A stretch of 63,847 bases of DNA, filler included, from Octopus bimaculoides (Eukaryota): assembly GCF_001194135.2 (NCBI RefSeq). It is 8 parts of 7 records of this genome, joined end to end, with 100 filler letters (N's around TTAATTAATTAA, not from the genome) between each part and the next. Parts side by side here need not be neighbours in the genome. Positions count along the whole stretch, not along the records: positions 17,608 to 31,756 come from NC_068982.1; positions 31,857 to 40,195 come from NC_068987.1; 6 more parts are not named here. One strand, 5' to 3'. The notes beneath the pieces are model-generated. The model saw only the letters and a list, made by a program, of their open reading frames with translations, was not told where the DNA came from and searched no databases. Shown here one piece after another: positions 23,960 through 37,300 of this stretch. Numbering within the stretch: position 1 is the first letter of the stretch; every line of letters starts with the position of its first letter. The position numbers and the translations under genes were made by a program.

Positions 23960-24500
23960 TGTTAAATGATGATGATGATGATGATCAGGAGGAGGAGGAA
24001 GATGAGGAGGATGCAATTTTTCCCTTGTTTTCTCCTTGTTGTTCACTCATCCTTTGCCTCCCTATTATATTTATACTGTCCCTTTCTTATTACCCCTTTA
24101 ATTCTCTCTTCCTTCTTGCCATTCTTTATTGTTTGACTGCACGCTTGGGTCAATTACCTTTATTCTATGCAGCACCACAACACCAGGGGCTCGGAGGCTT
24201 TTGGTCAAGTAGCTGTGTTGACATGGTCTTTAAATTCAATTTTAATACTCGTCGAATAGTAAAAGGTGTGGGTGACGGTAACAGTGATAATGACGGAGAC
24301 GTTGAAGACGGAGGTGATGACAGGGTGGTGAAAATTTAGGATTATGATGGTAGTGATGGTAATAGTGATGGTGGTGGTGATTATAGTAGTGGAGAGAATA
24401 TGATAATTATGGCAAAGAAGGAGAGGAAGGGTTGCGGAAAGGTGATTATGTCCATGATGATAATAACGGTAATAACAATGGTATTAACATCAATAACAAT
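23960..24500. repeat. (GAT)n/(GAG)n and (GGT/GAT/AAT)-rich low-complexity tracts
   Basis: Seen directly in sequence. Confidence 0.7.
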
Positions 24501-25190
24501 AACGGGAAGGCCTGGCGGGTACATCCAGAGAACACGCAGATATAATGGTTATAGACACTATACACACACTTATATTAACATACACCTTCATATACAAACA
24601 TGCACACACATGTTCACACAACCATGTACATACATCTTACACACGACTCTCTCTCTCACGTATACNNNNNNNNNNCATTAAGAACCAATGAATTAAAGAT
24701 CCAGTTCCATGCGGGTCCTAAACAGATGCGCTAGAATTATATAGATACTTTGTGACGATCGCTTTGTTTCGAAGTCATTATTAACGGACAACAAATCAAT
24801 TTTACTTCCGCTCTTTGAGACTGAACACCATAAAGATCATGTCACAATGAGTCGAGCAAATTGATAAAACATTAATTCTGTATATATGTTTTTTTCATTA
24901 TTTTCATCTGTGTGTACGCGCGTGCGTGTGCCTGTGTGTGCCTCTGTGTGTGTGGGTGTGTGTGTGTGTGTATTTTTGTATTACCATATTTGGAGCAAAC
25001 GATTATTATTTTTGTATTGTTTGGGAGATTTCCTTCTGTGATTTGACTGCGATCCCCGTAAATTGATTCGTAAGATTTTGTTTAATAAGTTTTAGGTCTA
25101 TGCGTTACTTTGAATGCGCTAAGTGCACAATGCAATGTATGTAATGTTGATGTTGTTGTTGAAAGTTATTATTGTTATTATCATTATTAC

Positions 25191-25278
<88 letters not shown>

Positions 25279-25280
25279 TA

Positions 25281-26608
25281 TTGTCTTTGCACAGCTTCTA
25301 ACACTGAAGATGTACTACAGTGCCAGCTGTTCACTACCAGTGAACTATGGTAATACCCCATATTTTTCGAGCACCATCAGGAGTATTCGAGCGGTTCCAA
25401 GCAATACTGTTTTTTGCAAGTGCTCCACCCTTTTTGCAGCCCCTATTTGTTCCATGTACTTATCAAGATTTTTACTCACTGTTCCCAGGGCTCCGACAAT
25501 TATTCATACTACAAACATCTTTACCAGCGATAACAACTGCCCAACCTCCCAAGCTAACCTATCATATATGTCGACTTTTCTTTCTTCCTTATCGCATACC
25601 TTGTCAGCTGGGCATGCTGTATCTACGATCCAGCATAGTTTGCTGTCTTTCTGAATTAACACTATGTCTGGTTTTGTATTCTCTGTCTCATGGTCGCACT
25701 GAATCATAAAATCTTATAGGGTCTTTGCATTATCATTTTCGATGATGCCTTCGAGTTTATGTCTATACCAAGTTTTGTTCTGTCATGTCCATACTTGTTG
25801 TGAAGTGTGCAATGGACATTCCTTGCTATATTGTCATGACGTCTCTTATATTTTTTCTGGGCTAGTAGCGTACATTGACTGGCAATATGCTATACGGCGT
25901 ACATTGACTGGTAATATGCCATACGGCGTACATTGACTGGTAATATGCCATTCGGTTTCACCATTTTTGTCCACAGATTCTGTACTTATCACTTTCTGAT
26001 GTGTTATCTATTCTGTATTTGATGTAATTGGTTCTTAATACTTGCTCTTAGGCAGCACAGATCAGAGCCTCCGTTTCCGGTTTTAAATCACTTTTAGTCA
26101 TCCATAACCATCTTTTTTCTCTGTCTGTCTAAACTTCAACATCCCTATGAAATTTTCCATGCATACTTTTCTTTATCCATCTATTTTCAGTTTCATTCAT
26201 TCTCAAGTGCGTGTACAGTGCTTTATCTTTACAATCTTCCATCCTACACAAGCCTGACCTTCTTACATCCAATAATAGTGGTTCTGTGAAATTTTTACAT
26301 ACCATGCTATGTTGCTTTCTTCTGCTCTAATGCTGTGTTCACATCCAATCAGCCCTCTTCCCCATCTTTTTCTAATTACATACAATCTGTCTGTGTTACT
26401 TTTTGGGTGGAGCATCCCATATCTAGTTAGCAACTTCCTTGTCTTTATGTCTAAGCTGTTTAGTTCGTCTACTATCCATGCGATTACTCTTACTCCATAT
26501 CTAAAGAGTGAAACCGCCCAGATGTTGATAGCTTCAATCTTATTCTGTTCGTTTAATTTTGACTTAAGGATCAGTCTCAGTCTGCGCAAGTATTCCACCT
26601 TAAATTTT
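25281..26608 (-). mobile_element. 5'-truncated, decayed R4/Dong-type non-LTR retrotransposon (RT thumb, Zn-knuckle region, REL endonuclease) with an (AAT)n tail at 25170-25280
   Basis: EYLRRLRLILKSKLN..AINIWAVSLFRY..TRKLLTRYGMLHPKSNTDRLY..GRGL and KPDIVLIQK..CWIVDTACP (PD..D REL motif). Multiple stops and frameshifts. Confidence 0.9.
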
Positions 26609-26712
26609 AACAATAATAATAACAACAACAACAACAATAATAATAATCATTATTATTATCATTATTACTATCATTCTTATTACTGTTGTTGTTATTGTTG
26701 TTGTTATTATTT

Positions 26713-26810
<98 letters not shown>

Positions 26811-27084
26811 NNNNNNNNNNNNNNNNNNNNNNNNNNNNNNNNNNNNNNNNNNNNNNNNNNNNNNNNNNNNNNNNNNNNNNNNNNNNNNNNNNNNNNNNNN
26901 NNNNNNNNNNNNNNNNNNNNNNNNNNNNNNNNNNNNNNNNNNNNNNNNNNNNNNNNNNNNNNNNNNNNNNNNNNNNNNNNNNNNNNNNNNNNNNNNNNNN
27001 NNNNNNNNNNNNNNNNNNNNNNNNNNNNNNNNNNNNNNNNNNNNNNNNNNNNNNNNNNNNNNNNNNNNNNNNNNNNNNNNNNNN

Positions 27085-27434
27085 ACCTATTGTCATAGGT
27101 GCCCTGGGAATGACAGCGAAACGGGTTGATTACTACCTAGATCAAATACCAGGAAACCCCAAAATGGCTGAAGTTCAAAAGATAGTGCTCATGGGAACTG
27201 CCCATATCCTACGTAAAATACTGTCTATGTGATCTCAAATTTTAAAACAAACACATCATTTTCTTATGGTTTCTTAAACATTCAATAGAACAAAACTGTA
27301 CAAATCCAAATATATGGTACCCTAGGCATAACACCTACATGAACTTCTAACTTGTTGTCTCTTGAGATCTCTGGGTGAGACTTGGATCCAACTGGTACAA
27401 ATGCAAAACAAAAGTCAAAAGTAAAAAGTCATAA

Positions 27435-27467
<33 letters not shown>

Positions 27468-27470
27468 TCT
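27085..27470 (+). mobile_element. 3' end of a second R4/Dong-type LINE with 3' UTR and (AAT)n tail
   Basis: PIVIGALGMTAKRVDYYLDQIPG..EVQKIVLMGTAHILRKILSM* (stop at 27230-27232). Confidence 0.85.
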
Positions 27471-27961
27471 GTTTTAGCTTTTTATTAGCAGTTTCGTGAT
27501 GGCCTTCAGGACCCAGTTACCCAGTTAAGAGTGATATGCTTCCAATGTCAAACACAACAATGCGTTCTTCTTTGATTTGGATCAGCAACTTGTTCGCATC
27601 AATATGTATGACTGTAAAATATACATTCTATACTGAGAAGTGATAAAAAGAAGGACATGCGTGTGTGTGTGTGTGTGTGTGTATGTGTGTGTGTGTGTGT
27701 GTTGTGCGTGCATGCGTGCGCTCATGTGTATATATGTATGTATGTGTGTATATATGTTTGTGTATGTGTGTGTGAACGCGCGTGTACGTGTGTGCGTGCG
27801 AATGTGTTTGTGTGTGTGTGTAAACAAATTTTTAAAAACAAAGAAGCTTAAAGTTTCATTTTTCTTTAACTTTTCATTAACATTATTAATTCTATCTTCA
27901 TATTACAATATTGTCACTATCTCTGCGAGGGATGATTTTTCGTTTTACGCATCGTCTAGCT

Positions 27962-28316
27962 CAGTGGTTCTCAGATGAGGTCCATATGGCCAGTGAGGGT
28001 CCATATAATATGGGGGGGGGGGTATGCAAAAGAATAGTAAATTGAGGATTCACAATAGTATTTTAAGAACGCTAGAAAGAATTTTGCTTTCGATATATAT
28101 ATATTGGTATGTATTGCAAGAAACAGCCAGGTTTCTTTCTCTAACATTTTACATACTTCATCCTATATAAATTAATGTGTGAAAAACCAAATTGGAATTT
28201 TGAAAGAAGTTTCTATAAAACTAGTTTTTAAACACCGAATGGATGCAGTGGTCCACCAGAAGAAAATAGTAATTGAAAGGTCCATGGATAAAAAAAAATT
28301 CTGTTAAGAACCCCTG
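27962..28316. mobile_element. hAT (Charlie-like) MITE, 355 bp
   Basis: TIRs CAGTGGTTCTCA / TTAAGAACCCCTG. 8-bp TSD GTCTAGCT (27954-27961) versus GTCTAACT (28317-28324). Confidence 0.85.
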
Positions 28317-28429
28317 GTCTAACTGGCGCGAATTTATTAAGAAGTATAATTGATTAAGCTGATCTTAATAGATTATTAACCTTACTAAATGAACTTGCCG
28401 GAAAGGTATGTAAGTCAAGGCTCGCTCGG

Positions 28430-28592
28430 ATGGGTTTTCCACTCTCATTCTAGACCAGCACGTTTTCAATGACGAAAGCATGAGTGGAATGTGTATTTCA
28501 TTTTGACGGAATTTGAATGCAAAGTGATGGAACAGTTACCGCAGAGCATTTTTTGTTCGACGCTCTAACGATTCTGCAAGTCCATCGCCTTT
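28430..28592 (-). mobile_element. Old SINE family A copy
   Basis: GACGGAATTTGAA..GCATTTTTTGTTCGACGCTCTAACGATTCTGC is the reverse complement of the head. Confidence 0.55.
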
Positions 28593-28964
28593 GAAATACC
28601 CAGGTAGATACATAATGAGGTTAATGTACGTCCTTTTACGTCTTTGTTTAAATTCCACCGAAAGCGAATTTCTTTTTTTGATATTTCTGTGATAAGTTAA
28701 AAACAAAACATACCGGTCATTGACGGTGGTCTTCCACTACATTTAGAAGCATTTCTACATTTGGAAGACGAGTAAACATTTAAAGAGAGCTTATTACTCT
28801 TCTGCCTTAGAAGAAAAGAATTTTCCACATTGGCACAATACCAAAAGTTATCGAGAAGAAATATCACCGAAGTTATACATCACCGCCGATGCCTAGTATA
28901 TAATTAATTTAAGAAGGGAAGAAAAGTGAAATTCAATTTGAAACATGAAGGGACTTCAATAAAT

Positions 28965-29140
28965 AACGATTTCAAATTTTGATATACAGCCAGCAATTTC
29001 AGGGAAAAGGTAAGTCTATTACTTCGACTCCAGTGCTTAACTGGTACTTATTATATCGACCCCGGAAATGATGAAAAGTAAATTTGACCTCGGCGAAATT
29101 TGATCTCAGAACGAAAAGACATGCTAACGATCCTGCCGCC
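28965..29140 (-). mobile_element. SINE family A copy
   Basis: AACTGGTACTTATTATATCGACCCCGGAAATGATGAAAAGTAAATTTGACCTCGGCGAAATTTGATCTCAGAACG. Confidence 0.75.
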
Positions 29141-30214
29141 CTAACTTCAATGAATATTAGAATGAATTCCAAGTAACATCTTCAAAGCAGAGGAAATGGC
29201 AGATTCATTTGGGCGTTGGATAACCTGCTTAACGTAATTCTTACTTGCTCCACCAATTCCAACTTTGCTTTTAATTCTTTTGGGATTCCATAAGTGACAT
29301 ACCACTCAATAACTGAAATCAATTCTTTTTCTCTCATAATTGTCTATGCTGTCTAAATCTCCCAGCTGCATTTGGGCTCCGCATGAAAAGGAGTGGCACA
29401 TTATTTTGAAACAGTTGTCGATCCTATCGATAACTAGTACTTATGTCCTCCTGTATTTATTTTATCAATCTCATTTTGTCGAACCACTTTTGGTACATGC
29501 CAAAAGAGATCATGGCATAAGCAACGCCCATTGTAAAACCGATGTAAGCATAAAACAAATACACATATGTACATGCACATATAGGATGCGCGCATGCGTG
29601 AATCCGCACCGATTCAGTTGACCAAATCCCACTGATTAGCTATATAATCCGAGGATATTGTATAAAATAATTTTTGGATGTGTCTAGTGACACAGAGCTC
29701 GTAAGCACTTCGTTTGAAATCAAATATTTTAGCAACACATACTTATCTTGACAACACAACCGATTGGTACTTATTTTGTAACCCGGAAGAATGAAACACG
29801 GAGTTGAAATTGTTGGTGGGAGTATAACTGGAACACAGGTTTAAAGATTGCTCTAAATTGAGTGAAGGTATGTATGTTGGTGCTCTAACAATTATGCCAT
29901 GCTATCACCTTCAAGGAATCAATATTAATAATAAAAGTCAAGAAACAAAGTACAAGTAGAAAAGAAGATGCAAATCAAGTGAAGAAGGAGATAAAAAGCA
30001 AAGAAAAACCGAAAAAGATTAAAGGAAGTACAAAAATATATATTAAAAAAAAAAACGATTGTCGATGGGGGCGGGGATTGACAAAACAAACAAACGGAAA
30101 AGAGAACAGAAAAAAAAATGAGAAGAAAAAAATTTGCAAGAAGGAAAGAGAGAATTATAGCGAGAAGGAAATAAAGGTAAGAATAATTATAATAATAGTG
30201 ATAATAATAATAAC

Positions 30215-30248
<34 letters not shown>

Positions 30249-30907
30249 TGAAAAACAAATTGGAACAAAGAATCACTTGGTCTGCACTTAAAGCTTTAAT
30301 CATGCTGAACGAGGACATCTGCACAGTAGAGAACGACGGGAGGGCAGAGAGAGAGAAAGAAGGAAAGAAAGATAATGTTCTGGTGCATTTGTGAATGTGT
30401 GTGCGTGTGTGAGTGTGTGTGTGTGCGCGCGCCTTTGCACTAGGTGTGAATTGCAGTCAATTCTCGACATTTTGCAGTCTAAACAGAACACAGCTATTTC
30501 ATTATTTCCAATACCTTGTAAATTGGCATTTCCGCCAAGTTTCTTTTTCCATAGACCGTCGAGGAGAACCCATTAGAAGTTGTTTTAGACACTTGAGTGT
30601 GATTCAGTTGATTTAATTTGTATCATTTCACTTCGATATTTGCAGTGCGACGGCGACAACGCACCCGCAGGCCGCAGAGCAACAGCCAGCCAACGCCACC
30701 CGCCTCAAAACCCCTCGACATAATTACTGCCACATCATATTTTTCGCCCTCTTCTGTCTACCTCTGTTATGTACTTACGTGCCACTGTGTATACATGTGT
30801 GAACACATGTCTGTCTGTAAAAATAGTATGAATGTATGTATGTACATGTGTATGTATGCATGTATATGATAGACAGACAGACAGACAGACAGACAGTAGA
30901 TAGATAA

Positions 30908-30969
<62 letters not shown>

Positions 30970-31031
30970 GTAGAAGCATATATAGGAATGTATATCTGAA
31001 TGCATGTGCGGTGCTGTGAGCGTGTGATTAC

Positions 31032-31067
<36 letters not shown>

Positions 31068-31713
31068 NNNNNNNNNNATATATATATATATATATAGACG
31101 TGCGCACCCATGTGTGTGTGCATATATATTTGCATGTGTGCGTACATGTGTGGTGTGCGTATGCATCTGTGTGTGTTTCTCGTCTTATACGACTTTCGTT
31201 TGGGAGGAGAACGTCAGTCAGATGCTGAACTCGGGACTGAGGATTTTGCTTGGCGTAATGTCGCACCGCCATCCCCACCACTACCACCACCACCAACAAC
31301 AACAACAACCAAAACAACTACAAAATACACAAAAGATGTGAAAAAAAGAAACATAAATATAAAGATGAAATAAAACAGAAGGTCAAATGCACATTCGTTG
31401 TCGCTAATTGACCACTCTATATAGACTACATCGGAAGCGGTGCATTGATCAATTTGTACATACATGTCTTCCCACTCCCTCTATGCGCACGCATGCGTTC
31501 ATCCTTGAATGCATCCTTCTGTTTGTGTTTGTGTGTGTGTGTGTGTCTATTTGTAATGTCATGCATGACTAAGTAGCCATAAGATTGAAGAGATATTCAT
31601 GACAGCAGACGAAAGAGAACAGACGTTGCACAATAAATGACGCTACAACAGCAATACCAAAACGATCCTTAGCGCAAAATTGATTTCATGTTCATCTAAG
31701 AATATAATACTCT

Positions 31714-31747
<34 letters not shown>

Positions 31748-32729
31748 TCTCTCTCTNNNNNNNNNNNNNNNNNNNNNNNNNNNNNNNNNNNNNNNNNNNN
31801 TTAATTAATTAANNNNNNNNNNNNNNNNNNNNNNNNNNNNNNNNNNNNNNNNNNNNATATTTTGGCATATCTACACAATTGAGCCCCAAAGATTTGCTTC
31901 TTCATAACTTTGGGAAAATTAAATATTTCTTTTCTACAATTATGCTTCAGATCATATAGATTCCGACTAATTTTGAATTCATTGTGAAAACCATTTGTCC
32001 TTAAAGTAGTTTTAGAAAATTTATATATATATACGTGGGTGTATACGCATTGTTTTAATTATATCATTATACAAGCACATACACATGAAAAACAGGCACA
32101 CACTCGGCAAAGAATGCCCTAAAATAACTTCCTTTCGCACACACATGCACACACGAACTCACTCACACACACATCCACACACACATCCACACACACATCC
32201 ACAAACACCCTCACACCCACACACCCACACACACTCTAGGTAAAACTTCTGTACGAATTATGCTATTTCTTGCTGTGTGCATGCCCAAATTTACAGCAGA
32301 ATTCCAATTGAAATTATGCTTTTGACTTGTGTAATTTGTGTTTGTGACGAACATAGTTAAAGACCTGATATTCAATATAAACTTAGGGAACTTTTTCTAG
32401 AAATTCTGTCGTTTACTTTTTCTTTCTAGCATAACCGATGTGATATTTGCGCCCCCAATTCCTTATTTTTTTCCTAAATTTCTTCCAATTCCTTTGTTTG
32501 CGATACAGCAGATTAGGATTTCATTCACAAAACACGTTCTCAATCTTTAAATTTTCTTCCTCTTCACACAAAATTCCTTTCGTAATTTGACACTTTTTTC
32601 AATCCATAGAGAAAAACAGAGAGTACGAATCTTTAAGAATTTTACCTACCACCTCACCAATTTCAAAAGTTAACACTTTCGATTCAATTTACATCTGCCG
32701 TTTCACTAGAATTCTACGCATAGTGCGAA

Positions 32730-34310
32730 AGTACATTTATATGCGTATAGGATCGTTCAGAAATTCTATTAATAATCTTCTCGTTAATCCACAGAATAGA
32801 CAGAGATTCTTCGGAGTAGAGAGGGCATTTCTTGGAAATCACATTGCATCGTTTCGTATGCTTTACTGTGGACCAAGTTATGCTGTACTTCATGTTATCC
32901 TCTTTCAGTCAAAGATGTTGAATGTCTGTTATTGATTATCTTAAAGCTCGCGACATGGTTACGATAAAAATTCTGAAATAAATCAGCCATCTGCCCAATG
33001 TAAACATACGGCCCTTCCCTTCTGTGCACGATCCATTTATATACAAGATTTGTACTCATACAGAGATTCATCAAAGTCCATTTTGATTTTTTTTGGTATG
33101 AGCATTTATAGTATTCTGAATCTCTGTATGAGTACAAACATTGTACACAAATGTACCGGGCACAGAAGGGGAGGGTTATATGTTTACATTGGGAAGACGG
33201 CTAATGCATTTAAGAATTTTAATCGTAACATTTTGCTATTGTTTATGCGATGTATAAGCTGCTCTAAATTAGTAGAGTTGTCGTAGGATACCTTCACGGT
33301 GTACCGATTAAAAATCGTATGTTACCGATTAGATCTAGGAAAAGTTTTGTTCAAAGCAGCAAAAAAAAAAAAATTTCCAGCGATCTTCGTTGAAACATGC
33401 GAACCGAAAATCGGGTCGGACTAGAGGACATCCCGATTCTTAGGCTTATTTGTTGTACAGGATTGGAGCAAGCAGTTGGATTATAGTGGTGCGTGTGTCT
33501 ATGACTTTTCTTTGGTAGTTCATTGACTTGACCATTTCTTCCTGGCCAAAATTCTTTATCTGAGTGAGTTCTCAAACTGTGACGTTGTACAGCATTGTAC
33601 ACCAACAGTTGTACAATGCGTATGACAATTGGAGGAATTAACAATGTTGTATATGCCTGCTTCTTGTATATATTGTTTGTTTTTTTTTGTTTTTTTTTGT
33701 TTTCACGGTACCCGGCCCTAGCTAGAGCAGCATTATAGTAAGTTGCACGTGATTTGAAAGTTTTATTATTAGCGGATACTCTAGAAATTCTTGTAGAAAT
33801 ATTCTTAACTACTCCCCGTATTATCGAGTGTGGATGTTTGTATGTTACGATAATGTACTTAATATGATAATTTGGCTTATGGTTCAAATGAGATAGAAGG
33901 TAGTTTCAAGAAAATTCACTCCAGGTTAATATTTAACCATAGTAATGTTTAGTCCTAAATTTTTAGAACGTCTAAAGGATCTTTTCTTATACCTTTCTAA
34001 TTGTACTTTTCCGCTTCTGTCCCAAAAAACTAAGGAGTCATCCCAATATAGACACTCTGTTCCTTCCGATAAAGAAGACTGGATTAATGGAAGGTTAGAT
34101 ATTCCGACTAGGTCATTGACCTGAGCAGAATCGTATGAGCCCATTGCTATATCAAATGCGTTCTCCCTATCTAATCTACTCTATAATTTCCCACCAAAAT
34201 CTGCTCGTGTGGCTTGCACGGCAAGTAAAATATATATTTTGCATCGGGACAAATCGAAAATTTTCATGCTATGAATCAGGCTTGATGAAGAACGATCGGA
34301 TTAATATTAG
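32730..34310 (-). mobile_element. Decayed Penelope-like element (RT plus GIY-YIG endonuclease)
   Basis: FDIAMGSYDSAQ..LYWDD (RT core). KHPHSIIRGVVKNISTRISRVS..YYNAALARAGY. F.A.LNKTFPRSN..IFNRYTVKVSY. CMSTNLVYK..YVYIGQ..F..YRNHVASFK (GIY-YIG). KYSITWS..KKCPL. Confidence 0.9.
32955..33231. repeat. ~115-bp diverged inverted repeat inside the Penelope GIY-YIG region (32955-33070 / 33117-33231)
   Basis: Arms are reverse complements at roughly 80-85% identity by eye, giving homologous peptides on opposite strands. Confidence 0.9.
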
Positions 34311-37300
34311 CATATATATATATATATATATATATATANNNNNNNNNNNNNNNNNNNNNNNNNNNNNNNNNNNNNNNNNNNNNNNNNNNNNNNNNNNNNN
34401 NNNNNNNNNNNNNNNNNNNNNNNNNNNNNNNNNNNNNNNNNNNNNNNNNNNNNNNNNNNNNNNNNNNNNNNNNNNNNNNNNNNNNNNNNNNNNNNNNNNN
34501 NNNNNNNNNNNNNNNNNNNNNNNNNNNNNNNNNNNNNNNNNNNNNNNNNNNNNNNNNNNNNNNNNNNNNNNNNNNNNNNNNNNNNNNNNNNNNNNNNNNN
34601 NNNNNNNNNNNNNNNNNNNNNNNNNNNNNNNNNNNNNNNNNNNNNNNNNNNNNNNNNNNNNNNNNNNNNNNNNNNNNNNNNNNNNNNNNNNNNNNNNNNN
34701 NNNNNNNNNNNNNNNNNNNNNNNNNNNNNNNNNNNNNNNNNNNNNNNNNNNNNNNNNNNNNNNNNNNNNNNNNNNNNNNNNNNNNNNNNNNNNNNNNNNN
34801 NNNNNNNNNNNNNNNNNNNNNNNNNNNNNNNNNNNNNNNNNNNNNNNNNNNNNNNNNNNNNNNNNNNNNNNNNNNNNNNNNNNNNNNNNNNNNNNNNNNN
34901 NNNNNNNNNNNNNNNNNNNNNNNNNNNNNNNNNNNNNNNNNNNNNNNNNNNNNNNNNNNNNNNNNNNNNNNNNNNNNNNNNNNNNNNNNNNNNNNNNNNN
35001 NNNNNNNNNNNNNNNNNNNNNNNNNNNNNNNNNNNNNNNNNNNNNNNNNNNNNNNNNNNNNNNNNNNNNNNNNNNNNNNNNNNNNNNNNNNNNNNNNNNN
35101 NNNNNNNNNNNNNNNNNNNNNNNNNNNNNNNNNNNNNNNNNNNNNNNNNNNNNNNNNNNNNNNNNNNNNNNNNNNNNNNNNNNNNNNNNNNNNNNNNNNN
35201 NNNNNNNNNNNNNNNNNNNNNNNNNNNNNNNNNNNNNNNNNNNNNNNNNNNNNNNNNNNNNNNNNNNNNNNNNNNNNNNNNNNNNNNNNNNNNNNNNNNN
35301 NNNNNNNNNNNNNNNNNNNNNNACAAAGATGTATATAAAACTAACTCTGTAAAAATGTATCTGTGTATATACTTGTATGTTTCTGTATGCATTTATACAT
35401 GTATATGTATAAGTTTCAGAAGATATTAGAATAATGAAATAAAAGTCAGTCCAAAGAAATCTCTTAACAATCCATTTCTGTAATTTTTAACTACCGTTTC
35501 AGGCACACATATTTACGCAAAATTGATTTTGAAGTATTTAAAAAAATTATTTGCAAATTATAAGTAGAAACGAACGGTAGATTCGGACTGTTAGTATCTT
35601 AAAACCACGAATAAAAAACAAAATGTGTATGGCAATTTTTTTCTGCAGAATATCATGGTTTCATAGGAATAAGCGTGGAAAACTGCATCAAGATAACCAG
35701 TTTTCAGACCTTTTCTTTTGGAAAATACAGATTTTGTGAACGAAACAAACTAGATTCTGAATTAGAAATGAACGTTTAATATGACAGATTTTCAGATTTG
35801 CTTACGTCATTTTAAAAGAGGGCTGCTTTTGTGACTCAAACTAACTAGATCCAAGTACAGTGCATACCATCCTCCACAATTTGCTACTCATATGATGTAC
35901 ATATTTATTTCAACAATTTCTATCAAACTCATTCTCTTTTTTGTAACTCTTCCTGGGTTACAATAACATATATGTCACATTGTTGCACAAGTTCTAGCTG
36001 TTTTGACTAGGGAAATCGAATAGGTTTGAATTGATTTCATCAGCATCTATCTGCACCGGGAGCACTCTTTCGATAGACAACAAGTTGATCTCGTAAGTGT
36101 CACATGGTGTAAAAAATACAGTTACCAAACTTTGAATTTGCTATTTCATTTTTTTATTGTTTGCATTTCAATTTGTACATCTGTACTCCCACTTGCGAAT
36201 AAGCTTATATGTAAAGTGACGTCCTTTATTTTTTAATCATTATCTGCTGATATCAAAGTAAGAAGTATATTGAAAAATAAAAAATATTTTCTAGAGAGGA
36301 CCATTTGTGACTTCAAGGCTCAAAAGGGGCGTTTGGTCAAAATGGGTTGAAAGGCTTTGGTCTAAATTATACATTTTCAAAATTTTTGTGTAAAACTACT
36401 GTCTAATTTGGGAATTATCATCTACATACATAATCGAACGTAGCGTTATTATCAGCTTGAGAGTGTAGTCGTAAATTACTGATTCATCATCTCCTTCTTA
36501 AATGTCTTTGTTTTTATGACAGTGTTTATGCTATTCCCAATAAAGCGTACATAATTTGCAATTAAATATGATACTGTAGTAATCACATGGCGATTTATAC
36601 GTGTGACTACAACATATTTCAATGGATGGGTGTAGTTCTTTAATCTAAACAATTTGTTGACATTATCGACAAACAATTCACACTGTTATAGATATAATTA
36701 TATCATCTTCAGAAGATTGTCGAGTGACTTGAGCAGAGAGGGTCAGATTGAAATTAATTTCAAATAGATTGGTCACAATTAGAAAAACATTTGCGAGTAT
36801 GTTCTCCCTTGCAAATATTGAGTAACAGAAAGAAGAAAAACTAGAGAAGCGTGATCTCTCACACACGCTGTAAGACTCTCGTATTCATTTTAATTTATTT
36901 TTTTATAAACAGGTTAATACTTTCGATTCTTAGGGTTTTTGTGGGAAAGATGTACTATATGTATGTGAGGGGCGTATATAAGTGATATGCTCACGTCACA
37001 CGCTCACACACATACACACTCGCACATATACCCATGGCTAAGTGCAGTATATTTGTGTATATATGCATATATGTATATATTCAAGAGTGTGTTTGAACAA
37101 ACAATTTCATTGTAACGGGAACCATAAACCATTTATGGGTACTGTAAATGTTCCATGACAATTTATTAGCGTCGCCTCCGCAAATATAATATGTTTCACT
37201 TCGCATTGCACTTCGAAACATTAATACTTTTTTCCTTTCTCTTCATAGCCTGTGCACTGTTTGTATGCTATACAAAGGTTATATTACTCTGAAGGATTGA

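Noticed and set aside
31860-36360. Possible large DNA-transposon shell around the Penelope copy
   Set aside because: Only faint inverted similarity between ~32 kb and ~35.6 kb; no TIR or TSD defined, and gaps intervene.
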